Shown: piece by piece, positions 54,741 through 63,980 of the stretch
How positions within the stretch are numbered: the first letter of the stretch is position 1
How the letters are laid out: the number at the start of each line of letters is the position of its first letter
From: Bacteroidaceae bacterium
GTDB taxonomy: Bacteria > Bacteroidota > Bacteroidia > Bacteroidales > Bacteroidaceae
DNA: 64,000 nt
NCBI GenBank assembly: GCA_017427185.1
Contig: JAFRTJ010000052.1
Location: 43,820-107,819 of the forward strand
Direction of reading: 5' to 3'
Position numbers and translations under genes: made by a program
The notes under the pieces: model-generated
What the model was told of the DNA's origin: nothing
The model's input: the letters and a program-made list of their open reading frames with translations, nothing else
Database searches by the model: none

Positions 54741-56875
54741 AAAGGGGGAAATTGCTTCTTGTTTTCCTTCTCCCTATAGCTTTCCAGGCTTGGGCACAGG
54801 AGGATGCCTACGGATGGTCAGACTTTCTCGAGTCCATTACGACTGACGAAGAGAACACCGATAGCGAGGAATGGGTTCAGTATGTCGAAGAGTTGCAGAC
54901 GCTTCACGAGCATCCCATTAACATCAACACTGCCACTCGAGAAGATCTACGTCGGCTCCCTATGCTCGATGACAGCCAGATTGAGCAGATCCATGCTTAT
55001 ATCTATCTTCATGGCCAGATGGAGACGTTGGGGGAATTGCGCTTGTTGCCCTTGATAGACGAGGACACTCGTCGTGCCCTTACCCTCTTCGTTTATGCCC
55101 GTCAGGAAAAAGAGAACAAATCTTTTCCACTATTGAGCAATCTCCATGGGACGTTTAGCTCGCGCCTCGATGTCCCCCTATATTATCGTCGGGGGTATCT
55201 TGATGATACGTATGTGGGTAATCCTCTTTATCACCGCATCCGCTATCAGATGGGTAACAGTCATCGTCTTCAGGCAGGATTGCGCGTTGAGAAAGATCCA
55301 GGCGAACGTTTTTATGACTCTTATGGTGGCTATGTCCAATTTAAGAATGTTGGTTTCCTTTCCAATGTTGTGGTAGGTGATTATCGGGCAGGATTCGGCG
55401 AGGGCCTTGTGTTTGGATCTGGCACCATTTTCAGCAAGAGTAATTTGTTGGGGAGCAGCGGTCGAGGCATTCGTCCCATGGCGAGCATGAGCGAGACTGA
55501 TTTTCTGCGTGGCCTTGCCTTTACCCTTCGTCTGAGTAAGGAGCTCCAGCTGACCTCTCTCTTCAGTTATCGCAAGGTTGACGCTACCCTCAACGGTGAT
55601 GGTCAAGTCCAGACTTTTCTTCGCACAGGATACCATCGAACTCTGCGAGAGCGTGCTACTCGTCATGATGTGAACAACGCACTTGTAGGCGCTCATCTTG
55701 AATGGAAGACTGCTTCCCTTTCATCTCAACGTGAAACTTTTTTTCAGGATTCTATACCGGTGGCGGAGAAATCTTCAGAGTTCCATGCTTTGGGTTCGAA
55801 AGCAGAGGGAAAGGTGGGCCTTACTGTTCTCTATACTCATTTCTCCCGTTCCTTGAATCCAGGCGAGATGTTGTATCGTAAGTACTTTCCACGAGGCAAC
55901 CAGTTTGCTGTGGCAGGAGTCAATTATGGATACCAGTTGTATCGTTGGGCTTTTACAGGTGAAACTGCATACAGCTGGGAACAAGGTGGGGTAGCTACGT
56001 TGAACAGGATTAAATGGACAGCCAGCAGGCAGTGGACGGTCAGTGTTTTGCAACGGTATTATGGAAAGAGATACTACTCTTTTGGTGCATCCGCATTGTC
56101 GGAGAGTACAGGTGGGTTCAATTCTGGTGGAGCGGCAGGGAATGCAGGAGCTGGCTGTGTGCAGAATGAGAGTGGAGTCATGCTTAATCTGCAAGGGCAG
56201 TTCGCACAAGGTTGGGATCTTGCAGGCTATCTCGATTTCTTCCACCATCCTTGGCCACGTTATGGCATGACCCACAGTAGCACAGGACAGGAAGGTATGG
56301 TACAGCTAGGCAGTCTGTTCAGCAGGAGGCATACGTTTAAGGTACGCTATCAAATCAAGCGGAAGGAAGTGGGAGATGTCATGGAGCCACACCATCGTAT
56401 GAAACTGCAGTGGCAATACACCCCAGAAAGAACAGCCGTAGGTCAGAGCAGAGTTCGTGAATCATGGACGTGGAAGACGATAGGGATGCTGCATCAAGTA
56501 CGAGGGAGCACAGGGGTTGCTGTGGGCGAGCAGGTGCAGTGTGTGGTGCCTTTATCATCTTTGGGGCAGGTGGACCACCTTCGTTTGACCGCTTTGGCAA
56601 GTTGGTTTCATACAGAAACGTACGCTTCTCGCATTTACTTCTATACTCCCAGTCTCTACAACTCAAGTTTTTCCATTCCTTTATATGGTCATGGCTGTCA
56701 CACTGTCCTGTGTGCCCGATGGAGAGATGTTGCAAGGCACAATGTGGAGTGGTGGTTGGAGGCTCGCTGGAGTTCGACTTGCTTTTTTGATCGAGAAACC
56801 CTTTCCCTTGGTCCGCAGGAGATTTTGAGTCGCTGGAAGAAGGAGGTGCAGGTGCAATTTGTGTTAAAATATTGA
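54737..56875 (+). CDS. helix-hairpin-helix (ComEA-like) domain protein with large C-terminal beta-rich domain
   Basis: A GTG start overlaps the GH92 stop. Signal peptide, then HhH motifs NINTATREDLRRLPMLDDSQIEQI. The remainder is Tyr/Gly-rich and beta-barrel-like. Confidence 0.75.
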   Translation: MKRGKLLLVFLLPIAFQAWAQEDAYGWSDFLESITTDEENTDSEEWVQYVEELQTLHEHPININTATREDLRRLPMLDDSQIEQIHAYIYLHGQMETLGELRLLPLIDEDTRRALTLFVYARQEKENKSFPLLSNLHGTFSSRLDVPLYYRRGYLDDTYVGNPLYHRIRYQMGNSHRLQAGLRVEKDPGERFYDSYGGYVQFKNVGFLSNVVVGDYRAGFGEGLVFGSGTIFSKSNLLGSSGRGIRPMASMSETDFLRGLAFTLRLSKELQLTSLFSYRKVDATLNGDGQVQTFLRTGYHRTLRERATRHDVNNALVGAHLEWKTASLSSQRETFFQDSIPVAEKSSEFHALGSKAEGKVGLTVLYTHFSRSLNPGEMLYRKYFPRGNQFAVAGVNYGYQLYRWAFTGETAYSWEQGGVATLNRIKWTASRQWTVSVLQRYYGKRYYSFGASALSESTGGFNSGGAAGNAGAGCVQNESGVMLNLQGQFAQGWDLAGYLDFFHHPWPRYGMTHSSTGQEGMVQLGSLFSRRHTFKVRYQIKRKEVGDVMEPHHRMKLQWQYTPERTAVGQSRVRESWTWKTIGMLHQVRGSTGVAVGEQVQCVVPLSSLGQVDHLRLTALASWFHTETYASRIYFYTPSLYNSSFSIPLYGHGCHTVLCARWRDVARHNVEWWLEARWSSTCFFDRETLSLGPQEILSRWKKEVQVQFVLKY

Positions 56876-56917
56876 AAAAACACGGGTGCGCTTGCACTTC
56901 TTTTTGAAACTAATTGT

Positions 56918-56925
56918 TAATTTTG
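56918..56925 (+). promoter_or_regulatory. -7 box (TAatTTTG) followed by the 12-bp perfect palindrome ACGAATATTCGT (56927-56938)
   Basis: Exact motif 60 nt upstream of the ATG at 56985. The palindrome overlaps the expected transcription start. Confidence 0.5.
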
Positions 56926-56984
56926 TACGAATATTCGTGAATATGCCCTATCTGGAACTTTAAATTTTCTACTCGAATACTGTT

Positions 56985-58589
56985 ATGCTGAAAAAGATTC
57001 GTATTACCCTGGCTATCCTCTTCTGGGTGCTTATCACATGGCTGCTGGTGGACTTTACTGGCACTGCCCATGCCTACCTGGGGTGGATGGCGAAAATCCA
57101 ACTGCTGCCTGCGCTGCTGGCGGTGAACGTGGGTGCCCTGATCTTCATCGTGGGTCTGACGCTGCTCTTCGGACGTATCTACTGCTCTGTCATCTGCCCC
57201 CTGGGGGTGATGCAGGATGCCATTGCCTGGCTGCGCCGCAAGAAGAACAAGTACTGCTACAGCCCTGCGAAGAACACGTTGAGATACGGCGTGCTGGCTG
57301 CCTCTGGTCTCGCCCTGGCGCTGAACCTGGGATGGCTGGTGGCGCTGGTGGCTCCCTACAGTACCTACGGACGTATCGTGGGCAGTGTGGTGGCTCCCCT
57401 CTACAAATGGGGCAACAACCTGCTGGCTCAGTTGGCTGAGCACTATGGCAGCTATGCTTTCTATGAGGTGGACGTGTGGCTGAAGAGTGGTCTGACGCTG
57501 GGCATCGTGGTGGTGGTATGGGCTGTGATAGCCGTGCTGGCATGGCGAGGCGGCAGGACGTGGTGCAACACCATCTGCCCCGTGGGAACCCTGCTGGGTC
57601 TGCTCTCGCGCAACGCTTGGCTGAAGCCTGTCATCGACAAGGAGAAGTGCATCAGCTGCCGCAAGTGTGAGCGCAACTGCAAGGCTGCCGCCATCGACGT
57701 GAAGGGTGGGCAGGAGATTGACTACAGCCGTTGCGTGGTCTGCGGAAACTGTCTGGAGCTGTGCGACAAGGACGCTCTGCACTACACCCACGTGGACCTG
57801 AAGCCCCTGGCTCCCTCGAAAGAGAAGGTGGAGAAGGTGGAGAAGGCAGAGAAGACAGAGAAGGACGAGGCAGTGGACCAGGGACGACGTGCCGCCCTTG
57901 CCTCGGCTGCCTTGCTGATAGGAGTCGGCATGCTGCGCGCCCAGGAGAAAGAGGAAGGCACGGAAGAGATAACGGACGACAAGACGACGGACGGCGGTTT
58001 CGCTGAGATCATCGACAAGAAGGCTCCCAAGCGGGAGAAGCGGATCACGCCTCCTGGCTCTCTCTCTGCCCGCAACCTGCAGTCCCACTGCACCGCCTGC
58101 CAGCTCTGCGTGGACAGCTGTCCCAACGATGTGCTGCGCCCCAGCAAGAAGCTGGACCGCCTGATGCAGCCTGAGGTGAGCTATGAGCGTGGCTACTGCC
58201 GCCCAGAGTGCAACCGTTGCTCTCAGGTGTGCCCCACAGGTGCCATTCTGCCCGTCACAATCGAGCAGCGCACCGCCATCCAGGTGGGCCACGCCGTATG
58301 GAACCGTGAGACGTGCGTACCCGTGAAGGATGGTCGTCCCTGTGGCCTCTGCTCGCGCAAGTGTCCCGCTGGTGCCATCCAGATGGTTCCCTTGCAGAGT
58401 GGTGTGCATCAGGACGGATGGAGATGGGTGGATGCTGACGGCAAGGAGATTCCTCGCGAGAAGCTGCTCATGATCCCTGTGGTGAACGAGGAGAAGTGCA
58501 TCGGCTGCGGCGCCTGCGAGAACTTGTGTCCCTCTCGTCCCTACAGCGCGATTTATGTGGAAGGACATGAGGTGCATAGGGAAATCTAA
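56985..58589 (+). CDS. membrane-bound polyferredoxin (NapH/MauN-like N-terminal TM domain plus multiple 4Fe-4S motifs)
   Basis: YCSVICPLG and WCNTICPVG membrane Cys motifs, then four CxxCxxCxxxCP ferredoxin motifs. Confidence 0.85.
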   Translation: MLKKIRITLAILFWVLITWLLVDFTGTAHAYLGWMAKIQLLPALLAVNVGALIFIVGLTLLFGRIYCSVICPLGVMQDAIAWLRRKKNKYCYSPAKNTLRYGVLAASGLALALNLGWLVALVAPYSTYGRIVGSVVAPLYKWGNNLLAQLAEHYGSYAFYEVDVWLKSGLTLGIVVVVWAVIAVLAWRGGRTWCNTICPVGTLLGLLSRNAWLKPVIDKEKCISCRKCERNCKAAAIDVKGGQEIDYSRCVVCGNCLELCDKDALHYTHVDLKPLAPSKEKVEKVEKAEKTEKDEAVDQGRRAALASAALLIGVGMLRAQEKEEGTEEITDDKTTDGGFAEIIDKKAPKREKRITPPGSLSARNLQSHCTACQLCVDSCPNDVLRPSKKLDRLMQPEVSYERGYCRPECNRCSQVCPTGAILPVTIEQRTAIQVGHAVWNRETCVPVKDGRPCGLCSRKCPAGAIQMVPLQSGVHQDGWRWVDADGKEIPREKLLMIPVVNEEKCIGCGACENLCPSRPYSAIYVEGHEVHREI

Positions 58590-58592
58590 GCA

Positions 58593-58845
58593 TTTCTTGC
58601 GCTCCAGTAGGTGCTCAGGCGCAGGCGGAGTCCCATCTAACATTTACCATTTAAGCATTTAGGATTTACCATCTACGATTTACGATTTACCATTTATGAT
58701 CTAGGGATTTACCATTTACGATTTCTTGCGCTCCAGTAGGTGCTCAGGCGCAGGCGGAGTCCCATCTAACATTTACCATTTAAGCATTTACGATTTACCA
58801 TTTACCATTTACGATTTACGATTTACCATTTAGGCGATAGCTTAC
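58593..58845 (+). repeat. 129-bp tandem duplication (two units) built from a 42-nt element plus ATTTACC/ATTTACG heptamers
   Basis: 58593-58662 and 58722-58791 are 70/70 identical. The remainder of each unit is degenerate heptamer repeats. Confidence 0.92.
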
Positions 58846-60252
58846 ATGAAGAAAGATATTAACAGAAGAGATTTCCTGAAGCTTTCAGGAACCGTGGCAG
58901 CCACCACAGCGCTGGCAAGTTGCGGCATGAAGGGCGAAGGCGGTGAGGACGGCGAGGTGGACTACATGGGTCACCACGAGGGACCTGTGCCCACGAACAA
59001 GATGACGTACCGCATCAACCCCAAGACGAAGGACAAGGTGAGCATCCTGGGCTACGGATGGATGAGACTGCCCACCCTGCAGGGCGCAAGTGCCAGAGAG
59101 TCGGGCGACGAGCTGGACCAGGAGCAGATCAACATGCTCACGAAGTATGCCCTGGACCATGGGGTGAACTACTTTGACACGTCGCCAGCCTATTGCCGCG
59201 GCAGGAGCGAGGCTTCGCTGGGCGAGGCGCTGGAGGCAAGCGGATACAAGCGCGACCAGTACTACATCGCTACGAAGCTCTCGAACTTCAGCCCCCAGCA
59301 GTACAGTCTGGAGGAAGGGAAGAAGATCTTCGAGAACAGCCTGAAGTTCCTCAGGACAGACTATATCGACTACCTGCTGCTGCACAGCATCGGCGGAGGC
59401 GGCATGGGGAACCTTCACCAGCGTTTCCTGGACAACGGCCTGCTGGACTGGCTCATGGAACAGCGTGCGGCAGGACGAATCCGCAACCTGGGATTCTCGT
59501 TCCACGGCGATGTGGCTGTCTTCGACTGGATGTTGGAGAACAACGACAAGTACCAGTGGGACTTCGTGCAGATCCAGGCCAACTACTGCGACTGGCACAA
59601 CGAGGACGACCTGGGCAGGAGCGGCGAGTATCTCTACACAGAGCTGGAGAAGAGAGGCATCCCTGCCGTCATCATGGAGCCCCTGCTGGGCGGAAGACTG
59701 AGCAAGGTGCCTGACCACGTGGTGGCCCACCTGAAGAAGCGCAAGCCAGAGAACAGCGTGGCAAGTTGGGCGTTCCGCTACATCGGCTCGAAGAAGAACG
59801 TGCTGACGGTACTGAGCGGCATGACCTACCTGGAGCATCTGGAGGACAACATACGCACGTACTCTCCCCTGGAGGAACTGACGGAGGAGGAGCAGGAATG
59901 GCTGGAAGGCGAGACATCGGAACTCATCAAGAGCTATCCCACCATCGACTGCAACGACTGCAAGTACTGCATGCCCTGCCCCTACGGACTGGACATCCCT
60001 GGCATCTTCGTCCACTACAACAAATGCGTGAACAAGGGCAATGTGCCTGAGAGTCAGCAGGCAGAGAACTACGAGAAGGCCAGAAGGGCATTCCTGGTGG
60101 GATATGACCGCAGTGTGCCCAAGCTGCGCCAGGCGAACCATTGCGTTCAGTGCCGCGTCTGCATCCCTCATTGCCCGCAGAAGATAGACATACCCCGCCA
60201 GTTGCGCCGCATCGACGAGTTTGTGGAGCAGCTGAAGCAGGGAACCCTATAG
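58846..60252 (+). CDS. Tat-exported aldo/keto reductase with C-terminal 4Fe-4S domain
   Basis: Twin-arginine signal NRRDFLKLSG...ASCG, AKR core (FDTSPAYCRGRSE), and a C-terminal region CNDCKYCMPCPYG...CVQCRVCIPHCP. Confidence 0.88.
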   Translation: MKKDINRRDFLKLSGTVAATTALASCGMKGEGGEDGEVDYMGHHEGPVPTNKMTYRINPKTKDKVSILGYGWMRLPTLQGASARESGDELDQEQINMLTKYALDHGVNYFDTSPAYCRGRSEASLGEALEASGYKRDQYYIATKLSNFSPQQYSLEEGKKIFENSLKFLRTDYIDYLLLHSIGGGGMGNLHQRFLDNGLLDWLMEQRAAGRIRNLGFSFHGDVAVFDWMLENNDKYQWDFVQIQANYCDWHNEDDLGRSGEYLYTELEKRGIPAVIMEPLLGGRLSKVPDHVVAHLKKRKPENSVASWAFRYIGSKKNVLTVLSGMTYLEHLEDNIRTYSPLEELTEEEQEWLEGETSELIKSYPTIDCNDCKYCMPCPYGLDIPGIFVHYNKCVNKGNVPESQQAENYEKARRAFLVGYDRSVPKLRQANHCVQCRVCIPHCPQKIDIPRQLRRIDEFVEQLKQGTL

Positions 60253-60353
60253 AAAAAAGGCTGTGAAGCCATGTATTTTTTTTCATACCAGATGATAGTC
60301 GTGAGACTCTCTCCCTGGCACTTTCATGTTAAATTAAAATTTTAATTTGATTC

Positions 60354-60389
60354 ATCGGCCGAGGTCTTGTTCCTTGGCCGATTTTTTTC
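60354..60389 (+). terminator. rho-independent terminator after the AKR gene
   Basis: 11-bp stem ATCGGCCGAGG / CCTTGGCCGAT (one G-U pair), loop TCTTGTT, then a T7 run. Confidence 0.8.
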
Positions 60390-60423
60390 TCTCCTTTTCT
60401 TTCCCCATTTCAATTATTGTTCG

Positions 60424-60431
60424 TAAATTTG
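60424..60431 (+). promoter_or_regulatory. -7 box (TAaaTTTG) for the GDPD gene
   Basis: Exact match only 8 nt before the ATG at 60440. Either the mRNA is near-leaderless or the true start is the ATG at 60455. Confidence 0.45.
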
Positions 60432-60439
60432 CAGTTGGT

Positions 60440-61333
60440 ATGTTCGACAAAGATATGGAAAAGAGCAGAAGAAATCCGTTGTTCAGCACGCGGCAGGAGA
60501 CCGTCCGCAGGCTGCTGGTGGCAGCGATTATGCTGATGATAGGCGAGTGGGCTCTCGCCCAGCCACACATCCTCTCGCATCGAGGATTCTACACGAACCC
60601 CAAGGTGGACGAGAACTCCCTGGATGCCCTGAGGGAGGCGCAGCGCCTGCACAGGACAATGGGCCTCGAGGCCATCGAGTTTGACGTGCACATGACATCC
60701 GACGGCGGGTTGGTGGTGCGCCACGACAACCATATCGAAGGAAAGCTGAGTTGCCAGGGAAGCACGTTGGCAGAAGTCCTCGCCTACACGCTTCCGCTGG
60801 GTGCGAAGATACCCACCCTGCGCGAATGGTTCCAGCAGGCGAAGCAGACACCCCAGATGAAGCTGGCGCTGGAGCTGAAGCCGCATGCCACTCCGCAGAA
60901 GGAGACGGAGGTCATCGAGAAGGTGCTGGCACTGGCGCGCGAGATGGACATGATGGACCAGCTGTGTTTCCTCTCCTTCAGCCTGCATGCGTGCCAGGAG
61001 TTCGTGCGCCTGGCTCCAGGCAGTCAGGTCATCCTGAACTCCTCGAACATCAATGAGCCTGTCACGCCAGCAAAGGCCAAGGAAATGGGGTTCGCTGCCA
61101 TCTCCTACCACCTCAATGTCTTCATGCACAACGTGAAATGGATCGACGAGGCGAATGCCCTGGGATTGGATACCTACCTGTGGATGTGCGACGCCCCTTA
61201 CCTCATCGACTGGGCCACCGCCTATGGCGTCACATGGATCACCACCAATTATGCTGACAAGATGCTGGCCTACGCGCAGGCATTGGCCAAGGACCGCAAG
61301 CGGCTGAAGAAACTGCGCAAGTGCAAGTTCTAA
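60440..61333 (+). CDS. glycerophosphodiester phosphodiesterase, secreted
   Basis: GDPD motifs SHRGF, EFDVHMTSDG and VRHD. The start is uncertain (60440 or 60455). Confidence 0.82.
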   Translation: MFDKDMEKSRRNPLFSTRQETVRRLLVAAIMLMIGEWALAQPHILSHRGFYTNPKVDENSLDALREAQRLHRTMGLEAIEFDVHMTSDGGLVVRHDNHIEGKLSCQGSTLAEVLAYTLPLGAKIPTLREWFQQAKQTPQMKLALELKPHATPQKETEVIEKVLALAREMDMMDQLCFLSFSLHACQEFVRLAPGSQVILNSSNINEPVTPAKAKEMGFAAISYHLNVFMHNVKWIDEANALGLDTYLWMCDAPYLIDWATAYGVTWITTNYADKMLAYAQALAKDRKRLKKLRKCKF

Positions 61334-61376
61334 GGGGCGTAAGCTTCAGAAGCGGATAAAAGAAAGATTGCTAGAT

Positions 61377-62081
61377 ATGAGAAGAAAGATGAGAAAGATT
61401 AGTCCCTTAACGCTGTTGCTATTCTTTTTTCTGAAGATGCCCTCTCCGGTATGGGCACAGCTCGATGAAGCCATAGTTTACGAGCGCATCATGCAACGCA
61501 AGAACATGGCAGGTTATCGTGAAGGGACACGTTACACCAATGACACCAAGTATGTCAATACCGTTGAGTTCAACGGCTATTCTGCCGGCTGTTTCATAGG
61601 TTCGGGCTGTTTCGGCTATATGTTAGACATGATGGAATATGCATCCGAATACAAGTATCCGATACGAGTCATAGAGGCAAGCTACAACAATATTCCTGAG
61701 ATACACATCGGCGACGGTATTCGTCTGAACAACGATACGCATTCAGTGGTAGTGATAGGGAAGAGCGAAACAGACATTGGAGTTATTACTGTCACTGAGG
61801 CAAACTGGAACCGTTCCATTCACTGGGGAAGGGAGATTGACCTTGCCAGTTACAGAACTGGTCTTACATGGGTGGCAACGTTTTGGCCTGATTCTTTCAC
61901 TGGTGTTTCCGACAGTTTTGCCTGTGCCGAACATTGTGATATAGTCATTTCCAACTCATCGGGCATAGTGATAAAACAGATTAAGCAGGCCAACCTTCCC
62001 TTTCAACAGTATTTAAGGGGATTACCCCGAGGGATGTATATCGTGAATGTGGACAAGCGCACCTATAAGATAGTCCTGTAA
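61377..62081 (+). CDS. T9SS C-terminal-domain cargo protein with putative Cys/His peptidase- or amidase-like domain
   Basis: Signal peptide and a C-terminal region LPRGMYIVNVDKRTYKIVL typical of the T9SS type-A sorting domain. GCFGYM...THSVVVIG suggests a Cys-His dyad (weak). Confidence 0.6.
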   Translation: MRRKMRKISPLTLLLFFFLKMPSPVWAQLDEAIVYERIMQRKNMAGYREGTRYTNDTKYVNTVEFNGYSAGCFIGSGCFGYMLDMMEYASEYKYPIRVIEASYNNIPEIHIGDGIRLNNDTHSVVVIGKSETDIGVITVTEANWNRSIHWGREIDLASYRTGLTWVATFWPDSFTGVSDSFACAEHCDIVISNSSGIVIKQIKQANLPFQQYLRGLPRGMYIVNVDKRTYKIVL

Positions 62082-62117
62082 CACCATGTCCAACCCTCGA
62101 AAAAGAGACAGCTGCAA

Positions 62118-63899
62118 TCACTCGAACTCCAGGTCGAAGGCTTTGGTGAGTTTCTCCAGCTGGGGAAACTCCTTGACAAACCGCTTGTAGAGCTCTGGCT
62201 TGCTGAAGTTGGCCTGCACCTTCTGGATGGGAGCGATACGGATTTCCATCGTGATGTCGTCGTTGTGGAGCTGGGAGCGGAAGAACTTCTCTATGTCAGG
62301 TTTGATCTCCTGGAACATGGCGGCCACCTGCTGGTTGTTGGCTTCCACGTAGAACGTCGAGTCGCCTGTCTTGTGGGGCCGCATCTCTCGCATGCGCTGC
62401 ACGATGGCGGTCTGCTCGCGAGGCAGGCGGTTGGCAAAGATCTGCCACGACAGGATGAGTTCGTCCTCGTTGAGCGGAAGAGTCTCCTTTGGCTTCTCGT
62501 CAGGAACCTGTCCAGTCGTCTCCTGCGTGGTTGCGACAGGTTTGGGCATATTGATGAGAGGCCCCAGCTGGGAGAGTTTGATGGTGGGCAGGGGAACCTG
62601 CTGCTTGCTCGAGCGCGAGGCAGTAAGGCTCATGTGTTGGGCAGGAAGAGGTGGAACGGGTGCGCTGCTGGTCGTCGGCTGAGGCTTCTGCTGTGGAGCC
62701 TGAGGGGTAGCTGGAGCGGACGGAGTGGTCTCCGTCGAGTTGTTCAGCTGCTGGAAGATGGGTTTAAGAATCGTGGCAGGGCCAAGCCCCGCACCAGGCG
62801 TGTCGTCCTCAGTGAGTTGAGCGGCCTGTATGAGGCAGATTTCCACCTGCAGCCGTTTGTTGCGGCTTGTGCGATAAGCCTGGTTGCAGTCGTTGCAGAG
62901 CTTGATGGCGCGGAAGAGGAACTTGGGTTGGCATCGCTTGGCCTGTTCGCGATAACGCTCATGGGCCTGTTCGCTCACCTCCAGCAGGGGAATGGTCTGC
63001 GGGTCGCGGCTCACGAGGAGATCGCGCAGGTGTTTGGCGAGTCCGTCGATGAAGTTCCCACCGTCGAATCCCTTCTGCAGCACCTCGTTGAAAAGGAGCA
63101 GGCAGTCCTCCACTTTGTTTTCCAGGAAGAGGTCCGTCAGGCGGAAATAGTAATCGGATGAGAGGACATTGAGATTCTTGCAGACACTCTCGTAGGTGAG
63201 ATTACCGCCAGCGAAGCTGACCATTTGGTCGAAGATGGAGAGCGCGTCGCGCATTCCTCCATCCGCCTTCTGGGCAATCAGGTTGAGAGCATCTGGATCG
63301 GCTGTGTACCCCTCCTTCTGTGCCACGTAAGCCAGGTGGTCGACGGTACTTTGGATTGTCATGCGGGCGAAGTCGTAGACTTGGCAGCGGCTCAGGATGG
63401 TGGGCAGAATCTTGTGCTTCTCTGTGGTGGCAAGGATGAAGACTACGTAGGAGGGTGGTTCCTCGAGCGTCTTGAGGAAGGCATTGAAGGCTGAGGCGCT
63501 CAGCATGTGAACCTCGTCGATGATGAACACTTTGTAGCGCCCTATCTGGGGAGGTATCATCACCTGCTTGCAGAGCTCGCGGATGTCGTCGACTGAGTTG
63601 TTGCTGGCTGCATCCAGCTCATGAATGTTCATGGAGCGCTGCTCGTTGAACGCCTGGCAGCTCTCACATTCTCCGCAGGCCTCACCGTCTTCCTTGGGGT
63701 TGAGGCAGTTGATGGCTTTGGCAAAAATACGGGCGCAGGTGGTCTTGCCCACACCTCGAGGTCCGCAGAACAGGTAGGCGTGGGCCAGCTTTCCGTTCTT
63801 GATGGAGTTCTTGAGTGTTGTCGTCAGAGCACGCTGCCCAACAACGCTGTCGAAGGTCGCTGGCCTGTATTTGCGTGCAGAAACTATAAATTCATCCAT
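62118..63899 (-). CDS. dnaX: DNA polymerase III subunits gamma/tau
   Basis: ARKYRPATFDSVVGQ, GPRGVGKTT and FIIDEVHML motifs, with a Pro/Gln-rich linker. The start is set at the ATG at 63897-63899 because a minus-strand TAatTTTG box (63921-63928) lies inside the longer TTG-started ORF. Confidence 0.93.
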   Translation of the reverse strand: MDEFIVSARKYRPATFDSVVGQRALTTTLKNSIKNGKLAHAYLFCGPRGVGKTTCARIFAKAINCLNPKEDGEACGECESCQAFNEQRSMNIHELDAASNNSVDDIRELCKQVMIPPQIGRYKVFIIDEVHMLSASAFNAFLKTLEEPPSYVVFILATTEKHKILPTILSRCQVYDFARMTIQSTVDHLAYVAQKEGYTADPDALNLIAQKADGGMRDALSIFDQMVSFAGGNLTYESVCKNLNVLSSDYYFRLTDLFLENKVEDCLLLFNEVLQKGFDGGNFIDGLAKHLRDLLVSRDPQTIPLLEVSEQAHERYREQAKRCQPKFLFRAIKLCNDCNQAYRTSRNKRLQVEICLIQAAQLTEDDTPGAGLGPATILKPIFQQLNNSTETTPSAPATPQAPQQKPQPTTSSAPVPPLPAQHMSLTASRSSKQQVPLPTIKLSQLGPLINMPKPVATTQETTGQVPDEKPKETLPLNEDELILSWQIFANRLPREQTAIVQRMREMRPHKTGDSTFYVEANNQQVAAMFQEIKPDIEKFFRSQLHNDDITMEIRIAPIQKVQANFSKPELYKRFVKEFPQLEKLTKAFDLEFE

Positions 63900-63972
63900 G
63901 TCTGAGTGATTCTTTTTGTGCAAAATTAGCAAAAAAACGGCATCTTTTCATTATTGTGCACACAATTTTTTT

Positions 63973-63980
63973 TATCTTTG
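63973..63980 (+). promoter_or_regulatory. -7 box (TAtcTTTG) for a plus-strand gene beyond the window end
   Basis: Exact TAnnTTTG match 20 nt from the window edge. Confidence 0.4.

Noticed and set aside
60331-60348. 18-bp perfect AT palindrome AAATTAAAATTTTAATTT between the AKR stop and its terminator
   Set aside because: It is a pure A/T low-complexity palindrome in an AT-rich spacer. Chance occurrence is plausible and nothing ties it to a function.
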